From NCBI GenBank assembly GCA_963817385.1, contig CAWFOM010000006.1, positions 192,001-256,000 of the forward strand: a stretch of DNA of 64,000 nucleotides, written 5' to 3'. This stretch comes from an uncultured delta proteobacterium. GTDB taxonomy: Bacteria; Desulfobacterota; Syntrophia; Syntrophales; UBA5619. The first letter of the stretch is position 1; each line of letters opens with the position of its first letter. The position numbers and the translations under genes were made by a program. This document shows, piece after piece, positions 58,917 to 64,000 of the stretch. Under the pieces are notes generated by a model that saw only the letters and a program-made list of their open reading frames with translations, ran no database searches and was not told the origin of the DNA.

Positions 58917-59630
58917 ATGAACAGCGCCATGACCGGCCGCTTTGCGATCCTCATCCCGGTGTACAATCATGCCGAAGGCGTCGTCCCGGTGATCGAACGG
59001 GCCCGGGGGCTGGGGCTTCCGATCTGGGTCGTCGATGACGGCTCGACCGATGCGACGGCCGCAAATCTCGAAGGGATCAGAGGGATCACGGTGATCCGGC
59101 ATGAACAAAACCGCGGCAAGGGGGCGGCCCTCCTCACCGGCTTTGCAGCCCTTGCGGGAAAGGCCGACTGGGCCATCACGCTGGACGCCGACGGGCAGCA
59201 CGACCCCGGAGACGTTCCCGGCCTGATCCGGGCGATCCCCGCCGGGGTTCGTCCCCTTATCATCGGCCGGCGGGAGGGGATGGTCGGGGCGGACGTTCCC
59301 TGGACGAGCCGCTTCGGGAGGAAGTTCTCCAATTTCTGGGTCCGATGCGCCGGCGGGCCTTTGCTGACCGATACGCAGAGCGGGATGCGGATCTACCCCC
59401 TACCGGAGGCAGCGGGGCTCGGGGTCCGGGCGCGCCGCTTCCAGTTCGAAGTGGAGATCCTCGTCCGGGCCCGGTGGGCCGGGATTCCCGTCGTCGAGGC
59501 GCCGGTCGGCGTCTCCTACAGGCCCGGGATGAGGCGGGTATCGCATTTCCGCCCCTTCGTCGATTTCTGCCGGAACTCGGCGACCTTCACCCGGCTGATT
59601 TTCCTGCGGATCATGGGGCGAGGGAAATAG
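58917..59630 (+). CDS. Glycosyltransferase family 2 (DPM-synthase/ApeJ N-terminal-like)
   Basis: ILIPVYNH, VDDGSTD, NRGKG, LDADGQH, DTQSG.R. Confidence 0.92.
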   Translation: MNSAMTGRFAILIPVYNHAEGVVPVIERARGLGLPIWVVDDGSTDATAANLEGIRGITVIRHEQNRGKGAALLTGFAALAGKADWAITLDADGQHDPGDVPGLIRAIPAGVRPLIIGRREGMVGADVPWTSRFGRKFSNFWVRCAGGPLLTDTQSGMRIYPLPEAAGLGVRARRFQFEVEILVRARWAGIPVVEAPVGVSYRPGMRRVSHFRPFVDFCRNSATFTRLIFLRIMGRGK

Positions 59631-59640
59631 GGGGGAGAGA

Positions 59641-62600
59641 GTGTTTTTCCAACGTTACCGTTTCCGCTGGTCCCTGATCGCCGCCATTGCGGCGGTCCTG
59701 GGGGCCGTCCTGTTCTACGAATCCGCCGGCATCCGGATCGAAACGGACATCCTCGCCTCGATGCCCCGCCACGATCCCGTCCTGGCCGACGCCTACCGTG
59801 TCGTCCGTCATCTCCCCGCCCAGAACCGGCTGATCGTCGATTGCGCAATAAACGGTGGGGACCGGGACGTCCTGGTCGTCGCGGGCGACCTGATCGAGGC
59901 CGGACTTCGGGAGAGCGGCCTCTTCCGTGAGGTCGGAGCAGGACAGATGGAGACCTTCTTCCCCGAACTCGTCGCCCATGTGGCGGGCCATCTTCCTTTG
60001 CTCTTCGACGGACCGCAGTTGGAGGCCCAGATCGCGCCGCTCCTCGCGCCATCCGAACTGCGTCGGATCCTTTCGGAGGACCTCAAGGCGCTCCAGGGGC
60101 TCGAAGGGATCGGCCAGGCCGACCTTATCGCCCGCGACCCCCTCGGCCTCAGAAACCTGGTCCTGGCTCGGATGGCCCAGCTCCTTCCGAGCAGAGACGC
60201 CCAGCTCTACCGGGGGAAGATTTTCTCCCGCGACGGCGCCCATCTGCTCATCATCGCGGAGCTCAAAGGCGCCGCGACCGATGCCGCCTCTTCCCGGGCG
60301 ATTCCCCCGCTCATCGATACGCTTGCGGAGCGGCTTAACGCGCGGCATCAAACCGGAAGCGCCCGGTTCACCCTGACTCCGGCCGGGGCCTACCGCGCCG
60401 CCCTGGACAACGAGAACGCCGCGCGGCGGGACATGCGGGGGGCGATCCTCCTGACGACGCTGGGAATCGCCTTTCTGCTCGTCATCACTTTTCCCCGGCC
60501 CCTCATCGGGCTTCTGGCGCTCCTCCCGTCGACGGTCGGGGCCGTCTTCGCGCTTCTGGTCTGTTCGTTTTTCTTCCCCTCCCTCTCGATCCTGGCGGTC
60601 AGTTTCGGCGGGGCGATCATGGCCTTCACGGTGGATCTGGGGATCACCTATCTGCTCTTCCTCGACCGCCCCTGCCAGGTCTCGGGGAGGCAGGCGGCCC
60701 GCGAGGTCCAGTCGGGGGAGATCCTGGCCGCCCTGACGACGATCGGCGCGTTTCTCCTGCTCTTGCTGAGCAAATTCAGCGTCCTGGCCGAGATCGGCCT
60801 CTTCTCCGCCCTGGGAGTGGCCTTCACGTACGCCTTTGTTCATTGGGTCTTCCCCATGATCTTTCCCGTCATGCCGCCGGCCCTGAAGCCCCGGAGCCCA
60901 TGGCTCGGACGGATCCTCGACGGGATCGCCCTGTCGGGAGGGAAAGCAAAACTCGCCGCGGCCGCGCTCTTCTTTACGACCATGCTCTTCTTCGCCCGCC
61001 CCGTCTTTCTCGTCGACATCAACGCCATGAACTCCCTGAGTGACGAGACGATTTCTGCGGATCGGACCCTCCAGCAGGTCTGGGGGGACCTGACGAGCCG
61101 GGTCTACGTGATGACCGAGGGAAAGAATAGTGTCGAGCTCCAAGCAAAAAGCGACCGCCTGGCCGGGATGTTCCGGGAGGATGTCAAACGGGGGACGATC
61201 AATGCAGCCTTCCTCCTCTCCGATCTTTTCCCCGGGGAGGAACTTGCGCGCCGCCGCGCGGCGGACTGGCAGGCCTTCTGGACGGCTGCGCGGATCGCGG
61301 ACCTCCGGCGGGAGTTCTTGCGGGCGGGACGGGAGCTGGGGTTCGCCCCGAACGCCTTTGCCCCCTTCGCTGCCCTGCTGACCGGGCCGCCGCCGGCTGC
61401 CGCCCCCGTCCCGGAGAACCTCATGGGCTTCCTTGGGATAGCGGCGGAGAAATCCTCGATGGTTCAGGTGTCCATGGTGACGCCGGGGCCGGCCTATGAT
61501 GCGAACGCCTTCTTTGCCCGCTATTCCAAAACCGATCTGGCGAACCTCTTTGATGCGGGGCTCTTCAACCGCCGCCTGGGGGAGATCCTCGTTTCACTCT
61601 TTACCGAGATCGCCGTTGTCACGGCCTTCGGGATCGTTCTCGTTGTCTTCCTCTTTTTTCTCGAATGGCGGCTCTCCCTTGTCGTCCTGGCGCCGGTGGC
61701 CTTCGCCCTCGTGGGCACCCTGGGGACCCTGAAGCTCCTGGGCCGCCCGGTCGACATCCCGGGGATCATGCTCTGGATCGTTATCATGGGGATGGGGATC
61801 GACTACGGGATATACTACACTTGCTCCTACCAGCGGTATCTCGACGAACGCCATCCTTCGATGAGTCTGATCCGCCAGGCAATGTTCCTGGCGGGGGCGA
61901 CGACGCTGATCGGCTTCGGCGTCTTGGCCCTGGCGAAACACGCGGTCCTCAAGAGCATCGGCCTGACGTCGCTCCTGGGGATCGCCTATTCGCTCGTCGG
62001 GGCCTTTCTGATCGTTCCCCCGCTCGTGAAGCGGGTGCTGGTTCCCGTCGAGCTCCCCCCGGAAACGCTCGAAGCCGGATCGCGGCGCCACACCGAACGG
62101 ACGCTCCTGCGGTATAGCACCATCGAAACCACGCCCCGCCTCTTCGCCCGCTGGAAGCTCCGGCTGGACCCGATGTTCCCCCGCCTGGCCGCCTTTATGA
62201 AGGACCCGAGGCGCATCCTCGACATCGGGTGCGGCTACGGCGTCCCCTCGGTCTGGCTCCTGGAACTCTTTCCCTCGGCCACGGTCTCCTGCATCGATCC
62301 CGACGGGGAGCGCATCCGGGTGGCCGGGCGCGCTCTCGGACCGCGGGGGGAGGCCCGGACGGGCCGGGCGCCCGGAATCGGAGGACTTCCCGACGGCGCC
62401 GATACGGCGCTCATCCTCGACGTCATCCACATGCTCGACGACGGTGAGCTTCGGGAAACCCTGGCCATCCTCAACGAGAAGCTCATCCCCGGAGGCCGGC
62501 TCGTCATCCGGACGACGATCCCGGCGGGCGGTGGGCGCCCCTGGATGCGATGGATCGAAGAGCGCCGCCTGAAACGGCATCGTCTCTCGCCCTGTTACCG

Positions 62601-62733
62601 AAGCCGCGAGCACCTGGAAACGATGATCCGCGCCGCGGGCTTTGAGATTGTAACGATGGAGCAGGCGGCGCCGCTGAGCGAGGAGATCTGGTTTATCGCA
62701 GACCGGCGCGCACCCGGAGAGACATCGCCATGA
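59641..62733 (+). CDS. MMPL/RND exporter (ApeM-like) fused to a class I SAM methyltransferase
   Basis: Two TM repeats with DPLG, VDLGI, GMGIDYGI, TT.IGFG; C-terminal ILDIGCGYG...DVIH...L.PGG.L. Confidence 0.88.
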   Translation: MFFQRYRFRWSLIAAIAAVLGAVLFYESAGIRIETDILASMPRHDPVLADAYRVVRHLPAQNRLIVDCAINGGDRDVLVVAGDLIEAGLRESGLFREVGAGQMETFFPELVAHVAGHLPLLFDGPQLEAQIAPLLAPSELRRILSEDLKALQGLEGIGQADLIARDPLGLRNLVLARMAQLLPSRDAQLYRGKIFSRDGAHLLIIAELKGAATDAASSRAIPPLIDTLAERLNARHQTGSARFTLTPAGAYRAALDNENAARRDMRGAILLTTLGIAFLLVITFPRPLIGLLALLPSTVGAVFALLVCSFFFPSLSILAVSFGGAIMAFTVDLGITYLLFLDRPCQVSGRQAAREVQSGEILAALTTIGAFLLLLLSKFSVLAEIGLFSALGVAFTYAFVHWVFPMIFPVMPPALKPRSPWLGRILDGIALSGGKAKLAAAALFFTTMLFFARPVFLVDINAMNSLSDETISADRTLQQVWGDLTSRVYVMTEGKNSVELQAKSDRLAGMFREDVKRGTINAAFLLSDLFPGEELARRRAADWQAFWTAARIADLRREFLRAGRELGFAPNAFAPFAALLTGPPPAAAPVPENLMGFLGIAAEKSSMVQVSMVTPGPAYDANAFFARYSKTDLANLFDAGLFNRRLGEILVSLFTEIAVVTAFGIVLVVFLFFLEWRLSLVVLAPVAFALVGTLGTLKLLGRPVDIPGIMLWIVIMGMGIDYGIYYTCSYQRYLDERHPSMSLIRQAMFLAGATTLIGFGVLALAKHAVLKSIGLTSLLGIAYSLVGAFLIVPPLVKRVLVPVELPPETLEAGSRRHTERTLLRYSTIETTPRLFARWKLRLDPMFPRLAAFMKDPRRILDIGCGYGVPSVWLLELFPSATVSCIDPDGERIRVAGRALGPRGEARTGRAPGIGGLPDGADTALILDVIHMLDDGELRETLAILNEKLIPGGRLVIRTTIPAGGGRPWMRWIEERRLKRHRLSPCYRSREHLETMIRAAGFEIVTMEQAAPLSEEIWFIADRRAPGETSP

Positions 62734-63641
62734 AGGATTTCTTCTACCGCTGCCTCATGTTTCTGGCGAGGAGATTCGGGAGCTGGATCTTTCTCCTGAT
62801 CGCCTGGCACGTGGCGCTGGGGTATTTTCTCTTCTTTCCCCGCCGCGTTGCTGTGAGCGTCCGCTTCTACCGCCGCCTCTTTCCGGAGCGCCCGCGCCGG
62901 CACGCCCTGTGGTGCGCCTGGCAGCAGTATCACCATTTCGTCCATGTCTTCCTCGACCGATTCCTCCTGCTGGAAGGTGCTGAGCTCGAAACGACGTATG
63001 AGGGATGGGAGCACATCGTCGCGGCGACCCGAAGCGGCCGCGGGGGGGTCATCCTCATGTCCCATGTGGGGAGCTGGGAGATCGCCGCCCACCTCCTCAG
63101 GCGTTACGGTCAGAGCGATCAGAGCATGAAGCTGATGCTCTACCTGGGGGCGAAACACCGGGAACAGATCGAGCGGCGGCAGAAGAAGAGCATAGAAAAA
63201 AGCGGCATCCGTATCGTCTCGGTTCCGGAGGACGGGGGATCGGCCATGGACATCCTGGAGGGGCTGAAGTTTCTCCGGGAGGGGGGATTGGTCTCCCTGA
63301 CGGGGGACCGGCTGTGGGGCCGGGAGCAGAAGGCCGTCACCGTCCGGTTTGCCGGCTGCCGGGCCCGGGTCCCGGAGATCCCCTACATCCTGGCGATGAT
63401 GTCCGGGGCGCCGCTCCTGATTTTTTTCGGGTACCGCACGGGCAGGGGGAGGTATCATCTCGTCACGAGTCCGCCCATCACTGTCGCTGCGGCTTCCCGC
63501 GGCGAGCGGCGCAAGGCCGTCGAGGCTGCCGCCCAGGCCTATGCCGATCTCCTTGTTGAGACGGTCCGCGCCCATCCCTACGAGTGGTACCACTTCGATC
63601 CCTTCCTGTTGAAGCCGGGCTGCGCGGAAGAGGATAAATAA
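62730..63641 (+). CDS. LpxL/lipid A acyltransferase-like protein (ApeJ C-terminal-like)
   Basis: SHVGSWE (HxxxxE), TGDR, HPYEWYHF. Confidence 0.85.
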   Translation: MKDFFYRCLMFLARRFGSWIFLLIAWHVALGYFLFFPRRVAVSVRFYRRLFPERPRRHALWCAWQQYHHFVHVFLDRFLLLEGAELETTYEGWEHIVAATRSGRGGVILMSHVGSWEIAAHLLRRYGQSDQSMKLMLYLGAKHREQIERRQKKSIEKSGIRIVSVPEDGGSAMDILEGLKFLREGGLVSLTGDRLWGREQKAVTVRFAGCRARVPEIPYILAMMSGAPLLIFFGYRTGRGRYHLVTSPPITVAAASRGERRKAVEAAAQAYADLLVETVRAHPYEWYHFDPFLLKPGCAEEDK

Positions 63642-63785
63642 GATTCATCCGGCTGACGCGGCACTTTGATGATCGAGGATGAGATCAAAGGCCTATAGCA
63701 AGCAACCTTATTACAAATGTTGGTGGACGGGGTACGATAAAATCTAACAATTACCGTTTGAAAGTTTCTAACGTTTCACATAAGC

Positions 63786-63826
63786 GGCGTTGGAAACGTT
63801 GGGCGTAGCCCAGTGTTTCCAACGCC
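63786..63826. other. Strong hairpin downstream of the cluster (terminator or degenerate attC-like site)
   Basis: GGCGTTGGAAAC-g-TTGGGC-gta-GCCCAG-t-GTTTCCAACGCC. Confidence 0.55.
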
Positions 63827-64000
63827 CGATTTCATACCGGCTATTCAATCGGTGGCCGCACCTCGTTCTTGCTCACCCTACCTGACAGCTCCGCAAGAAC
63901 AATGCACCTAGTTGCTGTCTACTTCTTCTCCTTCTTCTTCATTTCAGCGCACAGGCATGCCTCGGGAGCGAACTGCCAGTTAATCCGTCCGACCTCGTCG

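Noticed and set aside
14781..63641. Calling the product a ladderane, aryl polyene or flexirubin
   Set aside because: Only family-level similarity. Ladderane genes are unproven, DarAB is absent, and the tailoring set differs from canonical ape clusters.
1..64000. CRISPR array, tRNA, rRNA, prophage or integrase
   Set aside because: No regularly spaced direct repeats, cloverleaf/rRNA signatures or recombinase motifs found by eye.

Overview
GC-rich bacterial chromosomal window; gene content suggests an anaerobic Desulfobacterota/Syntrophales-like organism (inference, no database search run). 1-14.6 kb is housekeeping and envelope genes: cysM, lipoproteins, nitroreductase, a RimK-like ATP-grasp/7TM/peptidase trio, MBL hydrolase, DHH phosphoesterase, an atypical Ddl and a TPR/YidD-like pair. 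The dominant feature is a + strand type II fatty-acid/polyketide lipid gene cluster split into three blocks (A 14781-26460, B 35638-43157, C 49520-63641) by two visibly AT-richer inserts. It encodes 5 radical SAM enzymes (3 B12-binding plus a tandem paralogous pair with a C-terminal Cys motif), 5 KS-family proteins (one catalytically dead, CLF-like), 3 ACPs, 3 dehydratases, FabG, 2 thioesterases, an MIO ammonia-lyase, an acyl-CoA ligase and a phytoene-desaturase-like flavoprotein. It also encodes PlsY, PlsC, an LpxL-like acyltransferase, a FakA-FakB (DAK2-DegV) fusion, a GT2, a deacetylase, an MMPL-methyltransferase fusion and LolA/lipoprotein partners. It resembles aryl-polyene/flexirubin and 'ladderane-like' clusters, but its product cannot be assigned from sequence; this is the best candidate for an undescribed system. 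Two families of long palindromic repeats sit at gene junctions in the cluster. One family shows compensatory base changes, and all three of its copies are in frame with the downstream gene. Several single-base frameshifts (possibly assembly errors) and an IS91-family remnant are present. No rRNA, tRNA or CRISPR array was seen.
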